64,000 nt of DNA, taken from positions 64,001 to 128,000 of IMG/VR virus record IMGVR_UViG_3300022745_000628, one strand, 5' to 3'. Positions 38,273-46,622 of this stretch are shown piece by piece (within the stretch, counting starts at the first letter, position 1; every line of letters begins with the position of its first letter). Both the position numbers and the translations under genes were made by a program. Source of the stretch: a virus. A model generated the notes under the pieces. It made no database searches and had not been told where the DNA came from. It saw only the letters and a program-made list of their open reading frames with translations.

Positions 38273-38710
38273 ATGGCTAGCCCGATTACCAACACACGCG
38301 GCACGATACAGACGTTGCTTACAACCGAGCTCAATAGCTTGGCTAACAACACTAATGCTATATCTGGATCTGCCATTACGTTTACAAATGCAGGACATTT
38401 ACAAGCTGAAATCGAGTTGGTCGTTACATTCGGTACGGCTCCTACGGCTAACACCTGTTTAACGCTGTGGTTGCTTCGCGAAGTAGACGGCACTAACTAC
38501 GAAGACGGCGGATCATCCGTAACTCCTGGCAGAGCACCGGACGCCTTTTTTCCTTTACGGGCTGTTACCACTGCGCAGCGTATTATTATGCCGATTACCA
38601 ATATGCCGCCCGGCACAGCTTATGTGTTAGTGCGTAACGACGGTACCGGGCAAACTACGGCGGCTAGCGCCAACACAGTCAAAATCCGAACGTTTACCCA
38701 GCAATTCTAA
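38273..38710 (+). CDS. Beta-sandwich fibre-associated protein
   Basis: 145 aa coupled to the fibre gene; REVDGTNYED motif. Confidence 0.55.
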   Translation: MASPITNTRGTIQTLLTTELNSLANNTNAISGSAITFTNAGHLQAEIELVVTFGTAPTANTCLTLWLLREVDGTNYEDGGSSVTPGRAPDAFFPLRAVTTAQRIIMPITNMPPGTAYVLVRNDGTGQTTAASANTVKIRTFTQQF

Positions 38711-39462
38711 TGATTTACAACTCGTCGCTGTGGCGAAACTGCATATTGGCTTTTTATGCCAGCGCCTTTGGACCTACCGGCACAAAGGCTTGGGATAACA
38801 GCTACAAACAGCAGCACGGTACTTTTAACGGCTTAGCGCCAGACGTAGCATGGGGTGTGTATCTCGGACGGCAGATGCTCGCCACTCCCGCAGCATCCGC
38901 CCAATTTTGTGACTTCGGCAGTTTTACATTGCCAGCCAGTTTCAGCATCATGGCTTGGTTAAATCCTGTTACTGCGGCGTCGAGCTCTAAAATATACATC
39001 TCTAACGAGAACTCCGCTGGTTCCGCCGGATTTTCTATAGGTATTAACTCGAGCAATAACCTCTATGGCAGAATCGGCACCGGGCTTATGACCGCCAACT
39101 CGGCTGCATCTGCCGGCACGACTTATTGTGTGATTCTTACCGGCGATACCTCTTCCGGAACACCTAGTTTGTACATAAACAACGTTACGCAAAGCGGTAC
39201 ATCCGCGACAGTATCAAGCTACAACGCCGGCGGAAATCTATATTTAGGTAAGCGCCCGACTGGGTTGTCCACACAGCCTGGCGACTCTCGCATATACGAA
39301 TTTCGTATTTACGATCGAATACTTACCGCGCAAGAGATAACCGTATTATCTTCTAACATAGGTATTTCCTACGTAACTCCTCGCCGAGTACAGCCTGGTA
39401 CTGTGGCTGTTGCAGCATCCCGCAAAAATTTCATGAATTTGGGATTCCCTGTTACTTGCTAA
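38710..39462 (+). CDS. LamG/concanavalin-A-like lectin-fold protein
   Basis: FSIMAWLN, YCVILT, SLYINNV, LYLGKR, RIYEFRIYDRILTAQEI. Confidence 0.75.
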   Translation: MIYNSSLWRNCILAFYASAFGPTGTKAWDNSYKQQHGTFNGLAPDVAWGVYLGRQMLATPAASAQFCDFGSFTLPASFSIMAWLNPVTAASSSKIYISNENSAGSAGFSIGINSSNNLYGRIGTGLMTANSAASAGTTYCVILTGDTSSGTPSLYINNVTQSGTSATVSSYNAGGNLYLGKRPTGLSTQPGDSRIYEFRIYDRILTAQEITVLSSNIGISYVTPRRVQPGTVAVAASRKNFMNLGFPVTC

Positions 39463-39551
39463 AATATAGGGAGTAACTTGCTATATACTGGATGCACGTG
39501 TGTTACCAATGGTAATACTGGTAATTTCAGGACACTGCAGGAGACTTATTT

Positions 39552-39725
39552 ATGTCACAGCAACGTATGACGTCAGAACAAGCGATCAACCTTCTTAATC
39601 AAGCAGTTATGCAAATCAAGGCGACGCGAGAAGAACACATGGTCCTCTCGATCGCGCTTGAAACCTTGAAAGAAGCAGCATCGCCAAAGACGCCAACTGC
39701 GCCGGAATCTGAAGTAAAGAATTAA
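39552..39725 (+). CDS. Small helical protein (57 aa, below track cut-off)
   Basis: AGGAG RBS; MSQQRMTSEQAINLLNQAVMQIKATREEHMVLSIALETLKEAASPK... Confidence 0.5.
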   Translation: MSQQRMTSEQAINLLNQAVMQIKATREEHMVLSIALETLKEAASPKTPTAPESEVKN

Positions 39726-39731
39726 CTGCAT

Positions 39732-40718
39732 ATGCCAGTTGTAGCCACGCCGATAACCGTAACTGCGCCAACAGCTGAGTGCGCAACAAATGCTGCAACT
39801 CCTCCGGGGTGTGCAGTTACGACCGGAACTAGCGCGTGCCGTAGTCAAGGTATCGTACTAACTACGACACCGGTAGACAGCGGCACCGGTAGTTTAGTAC
39901 CGGGGCGTATTCGGTGTGCTTACTTTAATGGCGGAGCGGATAAGACATTTCGTTGGAAAATGCTGGATATGTCCGGCAATTTGTTGGATATGTCTGACTG
40001 CGTTTGTGTAGGCGATTCCAACGAACCGTGCCCTTTCTCGTTCAAGCTTCTGCTTACGGAGTATTTTGGCGGCGATCCTGTAATTGAATTGACTGGGACG
40101 ATAACTGACACAGACACTGGCGAGATCAGTGTAGTGTTCCCAAAAGCCAAATCGCAGCTGGCCGGGATGTTTTTTGCGCAGATGGTCATGTATGAGACAG
40201 TAGACGGCGATCCAAACCCGGTATTAACTAACCATTTCTATTTGGTTATTAACCGAGATTTGCTGCAGAACAACGATTTCGGAATGTTATCGGGACCGCC
40301 GACTATTGCTGAAGTACGGTTATTTTTGCGAGATTCGGGTAACGCTGAATCTTATTTGTTGGACAATTTCAAATTCGACGATGCAGAAATTGCCTTAGCT
40401 ATAATGCTTCCGGTGCAATATTGGAACGAAATTCCACCGCCGGTAAATCGTTTTAACACGATGAATTTTCCATTTCGTTATCACTGGCTGCACGCCATCA
40501 GTGGGCATTTAATGAATATGGTGGCGGAACACCAACGCGCCAACCATCTCGAGTATTCAGCTGGCGGGGTTAGCGTTAATGACAAAAACAAAGAGTTGAA
40601 CTACTCACAAATTGCCCACCTTCGTTTGGAAGAGTACAAGCAATTTGTGCGCGCCAAGAAAATCGAGATCAACATTCGCAGCGGATACGGATCTTTCGGC
40701 TACACCTATAGGCGCTAA
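39732..40718 (+). CDS. Head-tail adaptor/neck protein with N-terminal beta-sandwich
   Basis: PTIAEVRLFLRD..LLD..FDDAEI..A..YWNEIPPP and YSAGGVSVNDKNK patterns; position before sheath. Confidence 0.6.
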   Translation: MPVVATPITVTAPTAECATNAATPPGCAVTTGTSACRSQGIVLTTTPVDSGTGSLVPGRIRCAYFNGGADKTFRWKMLDMSGNLLDMSDCVCVGDSNEPCPFSFKLLLTEYFGGDPVIELTGTITDTDTGEISVVFPKAKSQLAGMFFAQMVMYETVDGDPNPVLTNHFYLVINRDLLQNNDFGMLSGPPTIAEVRLFLRDSGNAESYLLDNFKFDDAEIALAIMLPVQYWNEIPPPVNRFNTMNFPFRYHWLHAISGHLMNMVAEHQRANHLEYSAGGVSVNDKNKELNYSQIAHLRLEEYKQFVRAKKIEINIRSGYGSFGYTYRR

Positions 40719-40723
40719 ACCGA

Positions 40724-42190
40724 ATGGCCACAGAATTAGTTTATTTTCCGTATGCCGGAAATGCGTCGTTAACCGCCACTATTACGTTGCGCGGTTCTGG
40801 CGACATTATAGAAACGGCTACGGCAGTCGCGCCAACAACTTTTAATCTAGGTGGCACGACTACGTGGCAAGCAGCCACCTTTTCAGGTGCCAATTTCGGA
40901 CCGTTTGCGTTACATGTATTTGACGGCGCAACCGAAATAGCCACATATGATATTGGAATGCTAGGCCCGCGAGCGCTAGCAACACCTATTCAAAATACTG
41001 GCAATATCAATGCTTTTGAACAAGTTCTGGTAGACCATCTGTTTTTTGGCGAGACTCGTGTCTGGTGGCGATTGGCCAGTGATTTTCACGACGCCGGTCC
41101 GTACGTTTATAAGCTACAGGCTAGTTACGGAGCCCATCAGAACGCAATAGATTGGGTGGATGTTTCTGTTCCGCACAGCGAAATCAACTTTATCCCGTAC
41201 GTAAATATGCGAGAGCGTACAGGTAAAAATATGCTTACGCATTATCGCGTAATGCTTTATACGCCCACCGGTACATATTTGTCGAATCCTACGCCGGTTT
41301 GGGGAAACCTAAACAGCATAGATTTCAAATATGCCCAAGAATTAACTAGAAAAGAGCGGATCCGGCTGCGATCTGTATCTGTCCCTGGTTATTTACTGCG
41401 GCGCTTACGTTATGGCACTATTAGCACCGTGGGCACGGATCTTTTAACAAGAGAAGTTGTACGTACCGATATATCCACAACCTGGGGTACTCCATTTGAT
41501 ATTGGGTATCATCCGCCGATCCCTATGGATATAGACCCGACATACGGACCTAATACTGAAAATAGAGGTGGCGGAGATATCCAGACAAATAATACGCTTA
41601 TTCGGCAAATGAATGCCAGGGTATTAGCACAGCCAGATGTGGCGTTTGAAGACGTGTGGGTAAATGCTCAAACTGACGAACGCTGGCTGATTCAGGTAGT
41701 TAAGCCAGTGGCGGCGGTGCGCGGTATTCCGATTGTGCGCGAATTAGCTATGAATTTGATACCGCGTACGCACGTTATTTACAAAATACCGGTCGACGGT
41801 TTTTCGTTAAATACCCGTACAACTGACGAAGAATCCACAGCGCAGGTAGGCGACGGATGCAATCCGGTAAATCACGATTTCCCTACAACAGGTGCTATGC
41901 TATATACAGCCGACGATTGCTGCGGTATTTCAGGAGCCACTGTGACTATTTACACTCAAACCGATTATTCTGCCGAAAACACTGGCGCCGACTTTGTAGT
42001 GGCTTCTACAACCACTACTACCGGCGGGCAATGGACAGAAACAGTAAATTTGTCGGAAGGGGAGTACGTCGTAGTATTTGAAAAGCCTGGGTTTTTTGGC
42101 CCAGATACTCAAACAATTACAGTCACAGACCCGCCGGATCCGGATGCCGGCGAAACTATAGGCGAATTCACCAGTACTTTTGAGTTTTAA
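40724..42190 (+). CDS. Putative head-closure/neck protein with Ig-like accessory domains
   Basis: Multi-domain; WGTPFDIGYHPP; C-terminal ISGATVTIY..GEYVVVFEKPG beta-sandwich. Confidence 0.5.
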   Translation: MATELVYFPYAGNASLTATITLRGSGDIIETATAVAPTTFNLGGTTTWQAATFSGANFGPFALHVFDGATEIATYDIGMLGPRALATPIQNTGNINAFEQVLVDHLFFGETRVWWRLASDFHDAGPYVYKLQASYGAHQNAIDWVDVSVPHSEINFIPYVNMRERTGKNMLTHYRVMLYTPTGTYLSNPTPVWGNLNSIDFKYAQELTRKERIRLRSVSVPGYLLRRLRYGTISTVGTDLLTREVVRTDISTTWGTPFDIGYHPPIPMDIDPTYGPNTENRGGGDIQTNNTLIRQMNARVLAQPDVAFEDVWVNAQTDERWLIQVVKPVAAVRGIPIVRELAMNLIPRTHVIYKIPVDGFSLNTRTTDEESTAQVGDGCNPVNHDFPTTGAMLYTADDCCGISGATVTIYTQTDYSAENTGADFVVASTTTTTGGQWTETVNLSEGEYVVVFEKPGFFGPDTQTITVTDPPDPDAGETIGEFTSTFEF

Positions 42191-42324
42191 TATGTCCGCT
42201 AAACCAACAGAATCCAAAGAGTACCCTACTAAACCCCCGCACGGCATTACAATGTCTATGTATGGGTATGTACCAGACAACGCCCAAATGATTAACGTAG
42301 CTAAAGGACTGGCGCAACTACCAA

Positions 42325-43062
42325 ATGTCATCCAACAGCAGCCGGCCGGCATGCAACCTCAACCTCAATTCTCCGGAAACAGAAGCGCTTTTTCCGGACA
42401 ATAGTAATTTACAGAATCGCTTACCGACTATCGATTCTATATGTCAGTTCGGGTTAACACCGTTATTGATGTCTGGGATAATTCGCGATACGCTGATTAA
42501 TCATTTTTCTAGTCATCTTAATATGATTAGTCCGGTTTTGCGGAAATATTTTACAAACAATACTTACGCATTATCCAGGGATAATGGCGGCGATCAAGAG
42601 AACCCAATATTCATTGATACATTAGATCGTTGGACCCCTACATTATCAGAAGCTAGGCCTGCTTTTGTTATAAAAGATGCGGATTGGACATTCACGCAAT
42701 TAGGTATAAATAACCGTGTACACACAGAACTTAGAACAGGCGAAGAGGCCTTTTTAGGGCTATGGTCTGGCGCACATACGGTATTTGCCTTAGCTTCTGA
42801 ATCAGGGTTAGCCAAAATATTAGCTACAGAAGCCGCTAAACTATTGCTATGGCAGTCATTAGAAATCCAGCGGACTACGCAATTAATTGACTTTAAGGTT
42901 ATGAAGCTGGGCTGTGCTAATCGCTGTGCTGAATCAACAACAAATTACGTGGTACCGGTAGATGTGGGATATGTAGCGCAAGAATCTTGGACTCTTATAG
43001 AAGATGCTCCTAGACTCAAACAGATTAAATTTAGCGCAACTAACCTACTCCGGGACTACTAA
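42325..43062 (+). CDS. Putative tail terminator/completion protein
   Basis: Directly upstream of sheath gene; start codon uncertain. Confidence 0.5.
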   Translation: MSSNSSRPACNLNLNSPETEALFPDNSNLQNRLPTIDSICQFGLTPLLMSGIIRDTLINHFSSHLNMISPVLRKYFTNNTYALSRDNGGDQENPIFIDTLDRWTPTLSEARPAFVIKDADWTFTQLGINNRVHTELRTGEEAFLGLWSGAHTVFALASESGLAKILATEAAKLLLWQSLEIQRTTQLIDFKVMKLGCANRCAESTTNYVVPVDVGYVAQESWTLIEDAPRLKQIKFSATNLLRDY

Positions 43063-43100
43063 ATTTTGTTCTAATTTAAGTAGACCACCAAAACCTCATT

Positions 43101-43116
43101 TCGCCACGGAGGGCGA
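43101..43116 (+). promoter_or_regulatory. RBS hairpin TCGCC-ACGGAG-GGCGA
   Basis: Same ACGGAG hexaloop as the decoration and capsid genes, 8 nt before ATG 43125. Confidence 0.55.
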
Positions 43117-43124
43117 GGCTTCAA

Positions 43125-45962
43125 ATGGCTTATATCAAACCGCAAGTTCGGGTTTTTCAGGAATTCACGACCTCGCCTAGTATTGGCGACAATATTCGGC
43201 GGGCGCACATTTCAGGCCCGAATGCATTGCTGCACCGATTCTCCAAAGCTGCTGAGAAGCCGCTAATTGGATTGGGCAGCTATGTCAACGACACTGATAC
43301 CGCTTATTTCTGGCCTGCTAAGCAAGGCGGATCGCTTGTAGATCTCGACAGTGTTAAGCTTTTCGTCGAAAACGGATTGCTTAAATACTTCGAAGATTTG
43401 ATCGGCGAAACGTCTGGTGACCTGGGTACGATTACTCCAGTCTCTGGGCGCGCTAACTACATCACGCACGATACGGTTAACTGGCGTACAGCCAACAGCT
43501 ATTCCCGTAGCTCCTTGCTATTGGACCGAGACGTCAAGATCGGCGACGTGGCATATATTCGTGGTATCGAAGATCCAGAAGGGGATTGCATCGAGCACAC
43601 GCTTTGGACCACGGTGGCGGGGTTTTCAGCTAATACGGTCGCAGCTGTAGTAGGCAGTGCTTACTCTGATGCCGCTAACGCCGAAGATTCAAGCTATGAC
43701 ATTGATTCGACTTTTACAGCTGGTCAAGCGAACTGCGTACTTGTTGCTAATATCGACGGGGAATCTTACGATGGATTGCCAAGCGGTAACATCAGTGAAA
43801 CATACACGATTGAAGTAATCAAGTCTGCCGTCGCTGGATGTCAAGCTGCTCGGTTCCGCGTCACCTCTGCAAGCGGTAACGACGATGTATCGGAAGTAAC
43901 ACCAGCGGATTTCGGCGACGCTACTACCATCGGCACACGCGGACTGACCGTGACTTTCGACCTTAGCGAAGGCGGCGGTTGCGGCGATGACGCTATAGCC
44001 GCTGGTCTGCCAGCAGATCAGTTCATTGTCGGACAGACATGGGAAGTTTCTATTACGCAGCAAGGCTATGCAGCCTGCGCAACTGCAAACAACACTTATA
44101 CCGGATCTTTCGACGACACCTACATTATCACCGTTGTTAAAGGTGGTAAGTGGGCAGACGGGCCTAAGATCTCGGTTCGAACCGCTCGTGGACTAGATAG
44201 CTCTGGTCCTACCAGTGTGACCGGCAATGCTGTATCTGTACCAGTTGGCTCGTACGGCCTCACAGCATCGTTTGCTAAGTGCTCGGGCGGTGGCGGATCT
44301 TTGAGCGGTCTACGTTATGGCGATATTTTCTACATCGACGTGGTATCTAGCTCGTCCGGACCAGTTCGAACACTGATCTTGCGAGACAACTTGCCATCCG
44401 GTTTGCTTGCCGCTGACGACCTCGATTTGAAGTTGTACATTCAAAAAACCTTTGAAATCAACCCACATCGTACCGAAAGCGCTCCGCTAACCAACTACGA
44501 CACGTCCGCTAGCACGATCACCGTCAACAGCGGTATTACTGCTTATGATTCGACTTGGACGTTGAACGGCGAAGAACAAGTGCTCACGCTGGAATCTGGT
44601 TGCACATTGGCAAACAGCCGGCTATGCGGACAATTGTTTGCAGAGTATCGAGAATTCGTTGACGACCTAACCAACGACATTCGAATTGCTGTTACGGCAG
44701 CCGATTTGGATGACATTCCTGGTCCGCTCGAGCCAAGCAATCCATTGAAGTGGGGCGTATACAAGGCGTTGATCAATACCAGCTCGTCTGGCGTTGCTTA
44801 CACGGCTGTCGCTGACCCTTCGGATCCTGATTCTTGGCAAACTGTTTTGGACGCCGCTGAAGGCCGTCCGGACATTTACAACTTTGTACCGCTTACCTTC
44901 GATACCACGGTTCAAAACCTTTTCGTAGCACAGGCTGTTAACGAATCGGCACCGGAAGTTGGAAACTGGAAGGGCGTCATCCTTTCCGGACAGTACAAGG
45001 AAACCGCAAAGGTTGTAGGTGGCGACGATGTTTTGGCGACGATTGCCGAAAACATTGGAACAACCGAAACCGACTACACCCTTATGACTATCTCCAACGC
45101 TACGTTGCTAACTGACGACGTACGATCTGGGGACAGTGTTCGGTTCTTGTACGACACAGACGGTTACGGTGGAGAAATCTACACGACATATGTTGTACAA
45201 AGCGTTTTGTCAGAAACCAGCCTTATTCTCGTAGCCGGTCCAGACGTAGCCGTCTCCGTGCCACAAAAGGTAGAAATCTGGCACACACTTACCAAGAGCG
45301 AGATCGCTACCGACCTAGTCGAGCAAGCACAATCTTTCGCAAATCGTCGGGTGGTTTTCACTGCTCCGGACATTGTCTACGAAGCTGGCCTGCCAACCCC
45401 AGGCTACTTTGTATGCTGCGCCGTCGGCGGATTGATCTCGTCTGTCCAACCTCATCAAGGTTTGACGCACGTACAGCTATCCGGTTTGGGCGGAATTGTG
45501 CAACGCACGCGTGACTACTTCAAGGCTAGCTTGCTAGACCAACTGTCAGCTGGTGGCGTATGGACTGTCACAGCCGATCGCGCTGGTACAATTTTCACCC
45601 GCCACGCTGTAACAACCGACACTACGGATCTAAAAAATCGCGAAGAAATGATTCGCCGAAACGCGGATTCGATTTCCTACGATTTTGTCGAGTTGCTAAA
45701 GCCGTATATCGGTCGAACCAACGCGACGCCGACTGTGCTTACCAAGCTTGATTACGAAATCAACAAGAAGCTGGACAGCTACACTTCGGTTATCGTCAGC
45801 CAAGACTTGGGCCCACAACTTATTTCCGGAGCTATCGCTGTCGACAGCACCGGCGCCAAGTTGCTCCGAATCCATCCGCTCGCAGCAGATAGAATCGAAA
45901 TTGTCCTTAACGTGTCGCTACCGGCACCGGGCAACAATATCGATCTTCACATTGTTGCTTAA
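43125..45962 (+). CDS. Contractile tail sheath protein
   Basis: 945 aa; MAYIKPQVRVFQEF start; C-terminal CAVGGLIS..PHQGLTHV, LDQLSAGGVW, EEMIRRNADSISY, IEIVLNVSLPAPGNNIDLHI; followed by tube-size gene. Confidence 0.85.
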   Translation: MAYIKPQVRVFQEFTTSPSIGDNIRRAHISGPNALLHRFSKAAEKPLIGLGSYVNDTDTAYFWPAKQGGSLVDLDSVKLFVENGLLKYFEDLIGETSGDLGTITPVSGRANYITHDTVNWRTANSYSRSSLLLDRDVKIGDVAYIRGIEDPEGDCIEHTLWTTVAGFSANTVAAVVGSAYSDAANAEDSSYDIDSTFTAGQANCVLVANIDGESYDGLPSGNISETYTIEVIKSAVAGCQAARFRVTSASGNDDVSEVTPADFGDATTIGTRGLTVTFDLSEGGGCGDDAIAAGLPADQFIVGQTWEVSITQQGYAACATANNTYTGSFDDTYIITVVKGGKWADGPKISVRTARGLDSSGPTSVTGNAVSVPVGSYGLTASFAKCSGGGGSLSGLRYGDIFYIDVVSSSSGPVRTLILRDNLPSGLLAADDLDLKLYIQKTFEINPHRTESAPLTNYDTSASTITVNSGITAYDSTWTLNGEEQVLTLESGCTLANSRLCGQLFAEYREFVDDLTNDIRIAVTAADLDDIPGPLEPSNPLKWGVYKALINTSSSGVAYTAVADPSDPDSWQTVLDAAEGRPDIYNFVPLTFDTTVQNLFVAQAVNESAPEVGNWKGVILSGQYKETAKVVGGDDVLATIAENIGTTETDYTLMTISNATLLTDDVRSGDSVRFLYDTDGYGGEIYTTYVVQSVLSETSLILVAGPDVAVSVPQKVEIWHTLTKSEIATDLVEQAQSFANRRVVFTAPDIVYEAGLPTPGYFVCCAVGGLISSVQPHQGLTHVQLSGLGGIVQRTRDYFKASLLDQLSAGGVWTVTADRAGTIFTRHAVTTDTTDLKNREEMIRRNADSISYDFVELLKPYIGRTNATPTVLTKLDYEINKKLDSYTSVIVSQDLGPQLISGAIAVDSTGAKLLRIHPLAADRIEIVLNVSLPAPGNNIDLHIVA

Positions 45963-45970
45963 TTTCAATC

Positions 45971-45980
45971 ACAAGGACGT
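45971..45980 (+). promoter_or_regulatory. ACAAGGACGT over the tube-gene RBS (A-CANGGANG-U consensus)
   Basis: Exact match to the CsrA/RsmE consensus, 7 nt before ATG 45988. Confidence 0.5.
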
Positions 45981-45987
45981 TTGACAC

Positions 45988-46548
45988 ATGGCCGATACTT
46001 CAGTTTTTAATGCTAACCAGGTATATCGCGGTGCGTTTAACATCGCGAATAGCGTGGTAACGTTCGCCGGACAAGCGGCAGATCACCTTGTCCAAAACAT
46101 TCAATACAACTTTACGCAGCAAATCTCCATGATTTACGAATTGGGCTCGCCCAATGTGTATTTCAATGGCGGACGCGCTAGCGGTAATGCTGCATTGAAT
46201 CGTATCTTGGTGGCGCTAACCAAAGACAAACTTTTTGAGAGCTTCAACGATGTGTGTAGTCCAAACGATATTCATATTACACAGGCGTCCGGGTGTACCA
46301 CAAAGCCGTCGGGTACCGGCGGCACGGTTAGTCCTACAAACACGGTCAATCCTTTTATAAATACCCGCAGCGAGTTGGTTTTGAAATCTGCTGTGTTGTC
46401 AAACATCGGCGGATCGCAAGACAACCAATCAGCTGTGTTTACTGAGCAGATGAGTTTCTTGTTTTTGAACATGACGCGTTCAGTAGGAGCGGGCACTGGT
46501 CAGACCACTACACCTGCCGCTACTACTCCAACTACGGTTGTCGCTTAA
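45988..46548 (+). CDS. Tail tube protein
   Basis: 186 aa after sheath; VQNIQYNFTQQISMIYELGS..YF.GGRASG pattern. Confidence 0.75.
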   Translation: MADTSVFNANQVYRGAFNIANSVVTFAGQAADHLVQNIQYNFTQQISMIYELGSPNVYFNGGRASGNAALNRILVALTKDKLFESFNDVCSPNDIHITQASGCTTKPSGTGGTVSPTNTVNPFINTRSELVLKSAVLSNIGGSQDNQSAVFTEQMSFLFLNMTRSVGAGTGQTTTPAATTPTTVVA

Positions 46549-46578
46549 TCCGCTGCAACTTCAAAAGTACGGTAAATT

Positions 46579-46608
46579 AAAAGCCGCGGGATCCTCCGCG
46601 GCTTTTTT
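46579..46608 (+). terminator. Intrinsic terminator after sheath-tube
   Basis: AAAAGCCGCGG-GATCCT-CCGCGGCTTTTTT. Confidence 0.85.
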
Positions 46609-46622
46609 CATAAAGGTATGGT

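Noticed and set aside
42192-42404. Small Gln/Pro-rich ORF
   Set aside because: Overlaps 42325-43062 by 80 nt and I cannot decide which start is real, so it is not listed as a feature
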